From Carcharhinus amblyrhynchos (taxonomy: Eukaryota): a stretch of DNA of 64,000 nucleotides. Every line of letters starts with the position of its first letter. Position 1 is the first letter of the stretch. The stretch is from positions 46,190,001-46,254,000 of the forward strand of contig OZ336881.1 in the NCBI GenBank assembly GCA_965287045.1, written 5' to 3'. Below are positions 12,855 to 24,960 of this stretch, piece after piece. Made by a program: the position numbers and the translations under genes. The notes under the pieces are model-generated. The model did not search any database, was not told the DNA's origin, and saw only the letters and a list, made by a program, of their open reading frames with translations.

Positions 12855-13243
12855 GTAGGGACACAGGAGCAGGAGTATTCCATTTGGTCTACCAAGCTTG
12901 CTCTGCCATTCCATTAGGTCAGGGGTGATCGTCCGCCTCAACGTCACTTCCCTGCATTATTCCCATATCCCTTGATGTCAACAGTATTGAGAAATTTATC
13001 AATTCTATCTTGAACATACTCAATGACTAAGCTTTCACAGGCCTCTGAGGTAGAGAATTCCAAAGAGTCGTCACGTCTGAGTGAAACAAATTCCCCCTCA
13101 TCTCTGTCTGAAATGGCCTGCCCCTTGTTCTGAGACTGTGTTCCTTAGGTTCTAGACTCAACAGCCAGGAGAAACATCTTATCTGAGTCTACTGTTACAT
13201 GCTTTGTAAGAATTTTGCTAATTTCAGTGAGGTCACTTCTCAT
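12855..13243 (-). mobile_element. CR1 LINE 3' fragment
   Basis: GGTAGAGAATTCCAAAG...CTCATCTCTGTC block shared with the other minus-strand CR1 ends. Confidence 0.85.
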
Positions 13244-13294
13244 TTGAGTTTTGAATGAATTAAAATCTTATACTCAGTCCTTGCTGATTTGTCA

Positions 13295-13425
13295 ACAAAC
13301 ATGGCAGCTAATTTGTCGCAATGTATTCCACAACAAAGTGGATAAATTGTGAACAAGTGGATGAGGTCCTATGTTCATCAACATCACTATGAAAGGAACG
13401 TGCAATGCAGCAATGGCCCCCTCAC
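13295..13425 (-). mobile_element. Degenerate DeuSINE-like fragment
   Basis: ACATGGCAGCTAATTTG and GCAATGCAGCA..CCCTCA resemble 36010-36230. Confidence 0.35.
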
Positions 13426-14349
13426 TTACATTCATTTGTAATTCTCTCACGGGATGTGAGTGGATCAACATTTATTGCCCATCCTACTTGCTCTTGAAAA
13501 AGTAGTGGTGAGCTGCCTGTTGAACGACTGCATGGCATTTTCTCGCACATTAAGGTAGTATACATTACAATGCAGCAATTCACTGGAGCAATCATTTAGG
13601 TTCTCGTATTTTGTAGAAATGAACAAGAACAGGGAAATTTGAGCTGAAATTTGGAACCTAAATTTAGCCATTGTTATTTGGACTTCTTCACTTGTTGACT
13701 GTTTCTACCACATCTAAAAATGGTTATGCCTTTCAAGACAATCTTTCAAGACGACCTCTTCCATCAGTTCAATGATAAGCGAGAGTAGACTGATGGGGCA
13801 ATAATCTGCAGATTGAATTTGTCCTATTTCATGTGTATAGGATATACCTGGGCATTTTTCTGCTTTACTGGGTAGATCCAGTGTTGTAGCTGTACTGGAA
13901 CAACTTGGTTGGGAGTGTGGAAAATTCTGGAGCACAAGCCTTCCACACTATTGCTGGAATATTTGTCAGGGCCCATAGCCTTTGCAGTATTCAATGTCTT
14001 CAGATGTCTTTTGATATCATCTGGAGTGAATGGAATTGCTTGCAGGCTAGCATCTATGATGCTGGAGACTTCCAGAAGATGTCAAGATGGATCATCCACT
14101 CAACACTTCTGGTTGAAAATTGTTGCAAATGCCTCAGCCATATCTTTTGCACTGATGTACTGGGCTCCTCCATCATTGAAGAATGGTGATATTTGTGGAG
14201 TCTCCTCCTCCGGTGAGTATTTGCCCATCACCATTCACAACTAGACGTGGTAGGACTGCAGAGCTTAGACTGATCCATTGATTGTGGGATGGCTTAGCTC
14301 TGATGGTAATATTGCATAGTTCTGTCTATCACTTGCTGCCTATGCTGTG

Positions 14350-14705
14350 GATGGTCTCAATAGGGATCTTGGGTTCATGTCGCGCTATCTGTAACCCCCG
14401 TGACTTGCTTGGGTTTGCACAACCTCACTTACTGTACTGTCTGGAGACAATACACATCTCTTTAACCTGTGATCAGTGCTCCTTCCATTCACATTGTTGG
14501 CCACTTTAGGACTTGAACAGCAGGTTAGGTGTAAAGATTCGCATTCTAATCAGTAATCTGTAAACTGTCTGTGCTTTATATGCTCTGTCTGAGGCCAGAA
14601 CTCTCCATTCACTTGAAGAAGAGGGAAATCTCTCGAAAGCTAGTGAGTTTACTATCAAATAGATCGGTTGGACTTAAACCTGGTGTTGTCAGACTTTTTA
14701 CTGTG
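14350..14705 (+). mobile_element. Penelope-like element 3' fragment
   Basis: 14350-14394 encodes DGLNRDLGFMSRYL* (GIY-YIG C-terminus); 3' UTR homologous to 26900-27170; flanked by CTGTG/CTGTG. Confidence 0.85.
14607..14648 (+). ncRNA. Minimal type I hammerhead motif (C3>U, probably inactive)
   Basis: AUUCAC-UUGAAGA-A-GAGGG(AAAU)CUCUC-GAAA-GC-UA^-GUGAGU; 6-bp stem I. Confidence 0.6.
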
Positions 14706-14807
14706 TTTGGCATGCATGCAGACATGTGCTGTAGCTTCACTTGGTTGACATCTCATTTCAAGATGTCCCTGGTGCTGCACCTGCCATGCCTGACTGCCCC
14801 AAACTAA

Positions 14808-15385
14808 TGCAGGGATGTCCTATGAGGAAAGATTAAAAAATCTGGTTAATATTGTCTGAAGTTTAGAAGAATGAGAAGTGGTCTCATTCAGACATACAAA
14901 GTTTTTACAAGGCTCAACAGGGTAGATGCAAGAAAGATGTTTCCCCTGGCTGGGGAGTCTAGAACCAGGGAACAGGGTGAGATTTCTTGGCCCCGACATT
15001 GGCAAACATCATCATTAAAAATTTGGTGAGCCATTAAAATCATCCACTCTCCAAACTTTCCCATCCCACCTGTGACGATGCCTGCTCTTGCAGGACTCAA
15101 AGCCCAACTGCAGTCTCGTAACAACGGGTAGATCATTCAAGACTGAGATGAGGAGGAATTTCTTCACTGAAAGGGGGTGAACCTTCAGGATGCTCTGCTC
15201 TGGACGACAATGGTGGCTCAGCCATTGAATATGTTCAAGACTGAGATTGCTTGATTTCAACATTTTAAATACACCAAGGGATATAGGGGTAGTGCAAAAA
15301 AAAGGATTGAACTAGAAGCTCAATCATGATCTCACTGAATAACAGAGTGGCTGGAAGGGCTGAAAAACATACTCCTTCTCATACT
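14808..15385 (+). mobile_element. CR1 LINE 3' fragment with a MITE-like insert at about 14975-15110
   Basis: TCCTATGAGGAAAGATT...GAGATGAGGAGGAATTTCTTCACT CR1 signature. Confidence 0.85.
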
Positions 15386-16125
15386 TGGTTGAAAAGATTG
15401 TTGCTTGTTGTGTACACGGAGGTCCTGGAGTCCCCTGTAAAGGGTAATTCTCAGTTTTGTCTGTTTAATAATTGCAAATCACTGTGTATAAACCTACAGA
15501 AATTTAGTTCTGTAGCCATCTCAACTTCGAGTAATAACCTTCACTGATGCATTGGGAAAATATGGGTGAAAATGTATTTTACTAGAGCTATAATTCTTGC
15601 GTTAAACTTCTGTTTTAAAAATGTTCATGCTTCCAGTGGACAGAATGAATGAGGAGTAACACTAATTGCCTTCTACTTGTCATTCCACAAAATTAAAGGA
15701 AAATCCTCTTAAAATTTGCTGTAACTAATGGAGTGGAAGTATTGAAAGCAAGCTAAGCATTAACTTGATTAAAAGATAGGCATTATTCCATGATGGCCAT
15801 ACATACCTCATTACAGTTTCTCCAAGTTGAATAACCCTAGCAATTACCTGAAAGCCAGCTCACTTACATTCCCTGTGAGTAGTGCAGAAACTCATGCTGT
15901 CAAAAAATTGACAGTGCACAGCAATTGGTGCAACAAGGAGCAAATCACCTTCATGCAAAGGTGTAGTTAACACCTCATCATCTTCACAATGGAAGGGCAG
16001 TGCTTGGGTGATACAAAAGGACTTCATATATTCTGGGTTTGGGAAGTAAGAACAGCAGACAGAGTCCCCACTCAAGACAGCTATCCCGCATCTTTGGCTA
16101 ATGTGAATTTGTTAACGTCAATTTG

Positions 16126-16397
16126 AGCATAGTGGCACTGTGGTTAGCACTGCTACCTCACAGCACCAGGAAGCTGGGTTTGATTCCCAGCTTGGATCAC
16201 TGTCTGTGTGGAGTTTGCATGTTCTGTGTCTGTGTAGGTTTCCTCCACGTGCTCTGGTTTCCTCCATAGTCTGAAAGACAAACTGGTTAGGTGCATTGGT
16301 CATGCTAAATTGCCCCTCAGGTGCCGGAATGTGGCAACTGGGGGATTTTCACAGTAATTTCATGTAAGCCTACTTGTGACACTAAAAAATAAATTTT
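16126..16397 (+). mobile_element. V-SINE with alternative (non-HER1) tail
   Basis: HE1 head and V-domain, then ...TTTCACAGTAA...GTAAGCCTACTTGTGACACTAA. Confidence 0.9.
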
Positions 16398-17310
16398 AAA
16401 AAAGACAGGTTTTGGTTGGCTGGATCCCCTCACACCAAAAAGGCCGATTTCTTGGTGAACGCTGCAAAGGATCAGTGGAGTAGATTTCCTTAATCATTGT
16501 CACGATGGAACACCCTTTCCCATGGGCAATACGGTACGGAAAAAGAATGAAAGTATATTTGGGTGCATCTATGGCCCTTTTCACTTTTGCCTAGAAATAT
16601 TAGGGCTTCCCATGAAAGGTAAAGAATTATTCTCAATCTTGACTTTCAGAGCAGTCCTCTATTTTTAGGACTCAATAAATCATACTAGAAAGGCTAGGGT
16701 TTTAAAGAACTGTAAATAGATGTGTAGTGACATATATCTGTTAACTTTCAAATACCTTCTACTGTATGCTTTGACTTTCACCCAAAGCCATGTCAAAGAT
16801 GCATAATGAGATTGGGCCATTGTGGAATTACCTTGATAGCTCAGTTGATTCTTCCTAACTGTTCTCTTGGATGGTTCTCACAGTCGTAAATGTGCTTATT
16901 TCCTTAACAGTAACAATACTTTCCAAAAACTTAGATTACATTTAACATTATTGCAGTACTAACCTTCAATAAATATGTCAGCACAACTCCGAGATTATTA
17001 TTGATTTTTTTTTCAACACAAGAGCACAAGAATTCACAATAAGAATCAACCATTTCGCCACTTGAACTGGCTCCAACATTCAATAGGATTATGGCTGATC
17101 TGATCATTGCCTCATCATCACTTCTTGTTTACTTCCCCCACCCCACCCCCATAACACTTGACTCCCTTGTGGGTCAAAAACTTATCCAACTCAGCCTTGA
17201 ATAAGTTCAATGAACCAGCTGCCAATACACTGAGCAAGAGAATTCCACAGTCTAAACATCCTCTCAGTGAATATTTTCTTCTCATCTCGATCTTAAATGT
17301 GAAACCTCTT

Positions 17311-18684
17311 GGCCAGGAATCTCCCGAATATACTTGAAGTCCCCAATTCATATGAAAATAGAGGTTAGCACTGCTGCCTCACAGCGCCAGGGACTTGGGT
17401 TCAGTTCCGACCTCAGGTGACTATCTGCATGGAATTTGCACATTCTGCGTGGATTTCCTCCAGTTTCCTTCCACAGTCCAAAGATGTCAATGTTCGGTGG
17501 ATTGGCCATGCTAAATTGCCCTTTAATGTTGGAGGGTTTAGCAGGGTAAATTTGTGGGGTTACGGGGATAGGGCCTGAGTGGGATTGTGGTCAGTGCAGG
17601 CTTGATAGGCGAACGTGCTCATTCTGTACTGTAGGAATTCAATGATTCAATGAAAATGGTATAAATCCTTCCGATTTTTATAGCAGGATCTTTAGATTGA
17701 ATCTCTTATACTCAGAGCACTGCAGAATGCCATGGCAGGATTCATTCTGAAAATAAGTGGGCAAAATAATCCCACTAGAGAGGCTAGCAGCATAACACTG
17801 AGTGGGGCACTGCGCATGGGCTGATCTTTCAGTGCCTGGATAGGTGCATGTGCACTGGCCCCTCACTGCTGGTCTCAGAATTGCTGGCCAGCTTGGCGAC
17901 TCTTCAACTCCTCATTGCCATTCCTCCGAACTTCATGTGCCTTGATCATTGGCCTCCTGGATCTCTCCAGGCCAGCCCCAATGTCTTTCCCTGCCTGGCC
18001 TGGCCTGTCCCACCCTGATATCCCCAACACTCCACCTGAATGTCCAACCCCAATTTCTTCTTCCCTCCCTCTGCCTGTGATCCTCTGGCAGAGTGGCTGT
18101 GGGACCACATCACCCCCAAGGATCACCCCCTTATTGGCCCTCCTACCAATAGGACCCATCCCCACTAGTAATGCTTGGTGAGCAGTGATAAGGTGCCCCT
18201 TGGGCATTGTCAGTTTGCCCTTTGGGCAGTGCTGGGGGCTAGGCTTGCACTACCAGAATGGCACTGCCCAGGATGAGCCTTACCCTCACTCCAGCCTCCT
18301 GGGGGGCCTCAATAGACTTGCTTCACTCCAGTGGAGATGGGCCATCTTTTCCCCATTAGTGGTGAGCAGTTGTAAACCCTGCTGGAGTGAACCAGTTCTG
18401 GCAGGGGGATTGGGGGTCAGGAAGGGTGGGGATTTGAGGGGGGGGGCGGGGGGAAACCCAAGTGGGCCCAGAGACTTCAGTCCTGGGGCTGGCTAATGAT
18501 ATAGAAATACTCATTTCCATGTTGTAATCAGCTCTGCACCGATTTCCGGCACAAAGCTGATTATGTCAGAAATTTTGAAACTGGAGATGCACAGAGATCC
18601 AGGCACCCCAGCAGGAAGCCTGCAAAATGGCCTCTGCTGACGTCTTCTGGCCCATTGCACTGTTGAGAGAGAATCCCCCCCGCC
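17311..18684. mobile_element. GC-rich GGG-TIR DNA element inserted in CR1
   Basis: GGCCAGGAATCTCCC...GAGAGAATCCCCCCCGCC ends; internal similarity to 32644-33360. Confidence 0.7.
17361..17649 (+). mobile_element. HE1-like V-SINE with CR1-type tail
   Basis: Head, V-domain and tail present; TSD ATGAAAAT at 17352-17359 and 17650-17657. Confidence 0.92.
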
Positions 18685-19907
18685 ACACTTTATTTTGAAA
18701 TTGTGTTTCCCCTAGTTCCAAATTCCCCCAAAAGAGGAAACATCCTCTCAGCATCCACCCTTTCAGTTCTCTCAGCTCTTATGTTTCAATAAGATCACCT
18801 CTGTCAGAAGTATCAGTTGTTCTCAATACAAAGACCATTTTAACAATTTGGTTATAAAGTGTAGGTAATTTAAAACAAAAACCTGTAAGAAAGTAACATT
18901 TTCAGTCTGCATGTTTTTAACCAGTAAGAATGTTTGGAGTGTTTATCATGTTTCCCCACTAAAATATTTTTGGATGTAAATTGAATATGCTCAAGCAAAA
19001 ATAACTAATATAAGCACATCCTTAGTAAACATGTCCAATCTCCCTACCACTCTACAATGTTAAAGTACAGCTAGACTTTAATTTATGAAATCTTGTCAAT
19101 CAAAATTGCATTGAGATTTGTTAACATGACACTGATTTCCCATTTCCAATAACTGGTCTTATCTCAGTGTAGGTTAGTGAAACTTCATATAATTTCAGTG
19201 AGAAATGAAATGAACAAATATTGATGTTTACCAATCCTTACCAAATGTAATAAACCATGACAGTACATCAATTTTGAGCATTAGTAATGAACAATATAAT
19301 CCACTGCCTGACAGCTTGTAGTGAACTCACCAACAGGAATACCGGAATGCATCAGTTGCAGAAAAAAGGTGGGAAAATGATTCCTATAATTACTGTGATC
19401 ATTAGCATTAACTTTTAATTATTTGCTCTTACTTCAGATTTAATTTCTGCTGTCTTGTATTCATTTTGGGAGACAGTTTATTTCATCATTTGGTTAAAAG
19501 TAGCTATATTGTAAAATATAAAAAATAAAAGAGCACTGAAGGTAATCCTCTGGTTTGTTTTCCACAAACAATGTGTGTAGCGATAGTGTAAAAGGGGTTA
19601 GCTGTAATGGAGCAAGGAAGTGTCATTATTTTGCAGAAAACTGGAGCTGCTTTAATCATGCATGTTCACTGCAGGTACCATTTTGAACTTGTTTAATTTA
19701 AAGTGCATTGACAAAGCAGCATGGAGCTATATTTCAGCTCTGCAACCCTCTGTACTCAGTCAACATCATGCTCGTGCAGGGATTTGTGCATTAGGGACAG
19801 AATAATGGAATCCAGATTCTGTAAGATTTTAAGATTTTCAGATATAAAACCTTTCTTATTAATTTCTAACACTAGGGTCCTTAGTTGTGTCTGATGTATG
19901 TAATTAA

Positions 19908-20180
19908 AATAAAAGTTAAAGTTTATTTATTAGTCACAAGTAAGGCTTACATTAACACTGCAATTAAGTTATTATGAAATTCCCCTACTGTCACACTGGG
20001 CGCCTGTTCAGGTCAATGCACCTAACCAGCACATCTTTCAGACTGTGGGAGGAAGCCGGAGCACCCACAGAGACAAGGGGAGAACCTGCAAACTCCACAC
20101 AGATAGTGACCCAAGCCAAGAATTTAACCCAGATCCTTGGCGTTATGAGGTAGCAGTGCTAACCACTGTGCCACCATACC
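19908..20180 (-). mobile_element. V-SINE with alternative tail
   Basis: AAAGTTTATTTATTAGTCACAAGTAAGGCTTACATTAACACTGCAA...GCAGTGCTAACCACTGTGCCACC. Confidence 0.92.
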
Positions 20181-21161
20181 ACTAATAACTAGTATTCCTG
20201 AATCTAGTAGAATTTATTAGCAAGATTTTACATATGGTTACCAAAAAAACAGTGTAAATAACATGAAAGTTTCTTATCCCGCAAGTTCCTAAGGTTCCTT
20301 GAGCATTGTCAGCAAAGGCAATGTCTTTCCCAGAATTCCCGGTAAGCCAGAGCAACAAGGAAGATAACAAATGTGTCTGGGCTCAGGAGGCACGTGTTTG
20401 AATATGATTCTTGGAGGAGGCCAGGAGAAACCTTGGCTGTGATGCTTGCAATAGATAATCAGTCTGTTGAATAGCTAATCTAAATTTTCTGATCCTTTTG
20501 GAATTTAGGTTTGAATGATCAGAAATAGGTAGAGAACGCAACAGAAATATATTGACTGATTTCTATTTTGCCACATCAGCGCTAACAAGGCAGTGATTTA
20601 ATGGCCCAGTAATGCTGATGTGTTGGTTTTCATAAGGATCCTACGTTTGGGCAGCTGGAGTCCTTTCCTGTTTCATGAGGCCCAAGGCATACATTTACTA
20701 TGTGTGCTATAAGCAGTTTTACTAGTGGTACAGAAGAAAAGGTTCCAATAACCTGTGTTTAAAATTGTTCCTGTGAGGGGTGCACGTCGGAATCCTGCGT
20801 GTGTACTTTAAGCTACAGCTGGTTGGTTGTATTCAAATGCAGTCCAGGCACAAAATAGCTCTGACTTGTATTATGTATTTTGTTAATGGTCAGAAAATAT
20901 ACTCTTGACTGGCTAGCATCACAAATAAAGAATAGGCATTTGGACACTTCATTAGAGAACTTTAAAGCATGTGTATAGATCCATGGACTTTAGGGGAAGC
21001 ACAAAGAATATTCCTTAAAGCCATAATTATATTTACACCTGAAATGAAAGCACCATTTCAATCAAAGCATAAACAATACTGTAAGTAGCAGATTTTGTCA
21101 TATTATTTAAATAACTTGACCAATAGCAACAATTTGTGGTCAAATTCAAATCGGTCAATAT

Positions 21162-21288
21162 GAGCAGGATTTCCCACCTAACCCTTTGCAGGGCGCCTCA
21201 CCATTAGCTAGCGCCAATGGAATTTCCTGTTAAACTCAACCATTACTGTAAGATCTTGCCGGCGTGAATGGCCGAAAAATTCCACCTC
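21162..21288. mobile_element. Short GGG-TIR MITE
   Basis: GAGCAGGATTTCCC...GAAAAATTCCACCTC ends. Confidence 0.5.
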
Positions 21289-21509
21289 GTATCTCTGGTG
21301 AGCTCTGTACCTTTTTTTAGGATCATTTTGATCATTTCATGTTTCTTTCTTAATTTTTCCAAAGTCAAAGTCTGTGTGAGTTACCAACACAGCATAATTG
21401 AATGATTGAAAGGCAGTTGATAGGATATTTTGTGGTGTTGCAGAGATTGGTTAAAAATAATGAAGTGAATTTGAACAATGTCCTTATGATAAATGTTGAT
21501 GGATTGAGT

Positions 21510-21975
21510 AGGAACATAGGAACTGGCAACAGGACCAGGCCATTTGACCCTTTGAGCCTCCTTTGCAATTTAATTAGTACATGGCTAATCTTCTACTTCA
21601 ATATCGTTTTCCTATTCTATCCCATATCCCTTGATATCTTTACCATCTAGAAATCTTTCAATCTCCATGTAGAACATACTCAATGACTGAGCTTCCACAG
21701 CCCTCTGGGAGAGAGAATTCCAAAGATTGACAACCCTCTGAGTGAAAAAACTCTTCCTCATCTCAGTCCTAAGACTGTGAGTCTTGGTTCTCGACCCCGC
21801 TAGCTAGGGGAAATATCCTTCCTGCTTCTGTGGAATTTGTATGTTCTCTCCATATCTGTGTGGGTATCCTTCGGGTGCTCTGGTTTCCTCCCACAGTCCA
21901 AAAATGGGCAGGTCAGGTGGATTGATCATGCTAAATTATGCCTTATTGTCCAAAAATGTGTAGGTTAGGCGGACC
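21510..21975. mobile_element. CR1 3' fragment (-, 21510-21825) followed by a V-SINE internal fragment (+, 21830-21975)
   Basis: GGAACATAGGAAC tail; GGTGCTCTGGTTTCCTCCCACAGTCC V-domain. Confidence 0.8.
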
Positions 21976-22099
21976 CAGGCTTTCCATCACGTACCCAAAT
22001 TTGATCAGCTACTGCTCTGTTCCTGGCCAACTTAAGAGTAGATATGTGCTATTGTAGAATGTGAAATAAGAAGCCTGGGCTAACACTGTTATTCCTTTT

Positions 22100-23165
22100 C
22101 AAGAGATAGGGGAAGTGGAGAGAAAAATGGAGTTGAAGTCGAAGATCCACCTGATCATTTTCAATGGTGCAGCAGGCTTGTTGGGCTGTATGGTCACATG
22201 AACATGCAAATTAGGTGCAGAAGTAGCCCATTCGGCCTCTCAAGACTGCTCCGCCATTCAGTAAGATCATGGATGATTGTAACCTCAACCCCACTTTATT
22301 TCCTATCCTGATAACCTTTCACCCCAATGTTAATCAAAATTCCTAACTCTGCTTTAAAAATACTTAATTTTTGCTTCCACTGTTTTTTGAGGAAAAGAGT
22401 TCTGGTAACTTTGAGAGAAAAGATTTCTCCTCATCTATGTCTTAAATTAGCAACCCCTATTTTTGAATTGTGACCTCTAGTTCTAGATTCTCTGACAAGA
22501 GGAAACATCTTCTACACATCTATCCTGTTAGTGCCCCTCAGGATCTCAAAGGTTTCAATCAAGTAGCCTCTTACTTTTCTAAACTCTAGTAGATACAAGG
22601 CCAATCTCTCCAACATTTCCTCAGAAGCCAACCCACTGATTCCTGGTATAGGTCTAATAAACCTTCTCAGAACTGTTTACAACACATTTACACCTTTCCT
22701 TAAATAAGGACACCAATACTGTACATTGTGCCCTAGAGGTGGTCTCAACAATGCATAACCCCCCTCATAATGAATAATAACATTCTATTAGCTTTCTTAA
22801 TTGCTTGCTATACCTTCATGCTAACCTTTTGTGATTTTGCACCAGGACACCCAGATCCCTCTGTAAGCTTTTTTATTCTTCCTGGTAAAATGGACAATTT
22901 CACATTTGCCAGATTTTTGTCTCTTAACCTATTTGTACACCTCTGTAGCCTCCTTGTGTCCACTTCACAATTTACTTTTCTATCTATGTTGTTAGAAAAT
23001 GTTATCAACCATATCTTCAATCCCATCCTCTATGGCACTTACATAAATTGTGACAAGTTGCGGCCCCAGCACTAATGCCTGTCTTACACCACTTGTCATG
23101 TATCTTGCCAACCAAAAGAAGACCCATTTATGCTGACTCACTTTTTCCTGTAAGCTAGCCAATTG
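22100..23165 (-). mobile_element. CR1 remnant (22200-23165, -) tail-to-tail with a small + CR1 3' end (22100-22200)
   Basis: ORF 22808-23026 KVNCEVDTRRLQRCTNRL; typical 3' UTR. Confidence 0.85.
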
Positions 23166-24814
23166 TCTTTAACAATTCAAACAATGTTCAATATGTGATT
23201 AAATTGCAAATGGTGATTTTTTTCACATTTCTTGGCATTATCACATGCTTGAGTTGCTTAAAAATATTGCAATATATTGGAGCAGTATAAAAATCAGTTG
23301 CTGTCTATCTTTAATACTAGAAGGATGTCATATTATACAAGTAAAACAAAATATTTCTGAAATCACTGCACAATTTTAAGAAGGAAAGAGAATGTTATTG
23401 TAATATGCTGTGAGGATGTAAGAGGGTAGTTCATGTGTGTGCTTTCACCAAAAGGATTTAAATATATTTGCATTGTTTTATCTCCTGCAACTGAATTTTC
23501 ATACATTTAATGACCAGAAAATAATTCTCTTAATCTTTCTCAATTACCAAACATGACCTTTACAATTAAGTATTTTACAATGATTTGTTCCATATAATGA
23601 AAAATCCCATTAAGGTTCCAAAAGCATTGGTTGTTTTTTCCCACTTTGAACAGCATTACAGAACTGTACAAATTCACACAGGATGAATGTTCCTGCCAAC
23701 ATGGCTGTGCTCAGTTCACACTTATTAGTATCGGCCCAAAATAGTTATTAGATTTCAGTTGACAGTGGTATAGGTATCCCATTCTGGAGTATTTCAGTTC
23801 TACATTGTTGAATACCTTAAGTTATATATATGCTAGGAAGAAAAGTTGAAAATTGCAGCTTTAAATATATATTATTCTCGTCATAATAATGGAAACATAG
23901 AAAATAACAGATGCAACCAGCAGCATTTTAACTGTATTTCAAGTGTATAACCAACCATTTTGGTTATTTAAAAACTTTGTGATTGTCTATTGGCACAAAT
24001 TATCTTTAGAAGCAGTTGCTATTTGTATATTGTTACAGCCACTTTGATAAACTCTTTGAAAGCATGCTATTTGTTCTATAAATTATAATGCCTGTCATTC
24101 ATTTAAAGAAGCAATATAAAAATTATCACCAACTTTATTTCATAGCAAATATTCAAAAACAACATTACTAAGGCAGTAATGAAATAAACCTCCATCTATC
24201 ATGAGTAGCAACACAGTAAGCAATCCGGGAAGACAATTGTTAAGATGAAATTCAGTATTCTAAAAGTTAAAGATAACTGTTTAAATTTAATTAAAGCCAA
24301 TCAGTTATGTGCAGTAATTCATTTTTAAAAATCATTCAATATATATTCAGCTCTAACCCAAGGAGGTGGTTTGAAGTAGATTAAACTCATATTAATTCAA
24401 TATTTTAGTTGTTTCCAGCCAGTTTCTGCACTGATTAATTGCCTTAATCAAAATGTAGCAGCCAATATTTGCCAAGACATTCCTGAAAACCAGGCACTTA
24501 TTATGACAGACTCTGGGGACATAGGCTAGGAACAATTTCATTGGTTACATGCACATTTCAAATGACACCCCGATGGTGATAAAGTGGAGGCAATGTGCAA
24601 CCATATTCCATAATTCATTTAATTGCAATTGCCGCCACAGTGTTGTGACTTGAGAAGTGAGAAATGATGATGCATTTGGACTAGACTTAAATTAATGTTT
24701 CATGCATTTAGGAAAACAGAAGAAGGAAGATTTTTCTCAGAAAGTTCAACAGATGCAGCTTAAATATGTGTGTAACATTTTGGCATGGAAATTCCATGAA
24801 AGAGGATTCTTTTG

Positions 24815-24960
24815 TCAGCTTGGTTGAGTTAGATATTGGGAATTCAAACCCCTCTCCTGACTTGAGCACATAAATCTCAAGGTACACTTCAGTGAATTAC
24901 TGAGGAACTGCTGCATTGTTGGAAGTACTGGATGGGGTCCATGTTGCTACATGCCAATAT
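24815..24960 (+). mobile_element. DeuSINE-like (SacSINE1/AmnSINE1-type) fragment
   Basis: GACTTGAGCACATAAATCT...CAGTGAATTACTGAGGAACTGCTGCATTGTTGGA matches the recalled Deu-domain start. Confidence 0.6.

Larger units (their letters stand above)
13430..14795 (-). mobile_element. LINE-B (CR1/L2-group) remnant: 3' end at 13430-13530, ORF2 part at 13740-14349 and 14706-14795
   Basis: Peptide DYCPISLLSLIIELME (RT NYRPISLL motif); 3' end matches 56250-56340; interrupted by a Penelope-like insertion. Confidence 0.75.
17020..18802 (-). mobile_element. CR1 3' fragment split into 17020-17310 and 18692-18802
   Basis: CTTAAATGTGAAACCTCTT joins ATTTTGAAATTGTG..CCCTAGTTC, as in the uninterrupted copy at 22441-22490. 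Confidence 0.8.

Noticed and set aside
15860-16075. Minus-strand ORF ending at a GTAAGT donor
   Set aside because: No recognisable protein similarity and no consistent exon chain.
16396-16584. KRAIDAP peptide resembling Harbinger transposase GAIDCTH
   Set aside because: Only a few residues match and the flanking motifs are absent.
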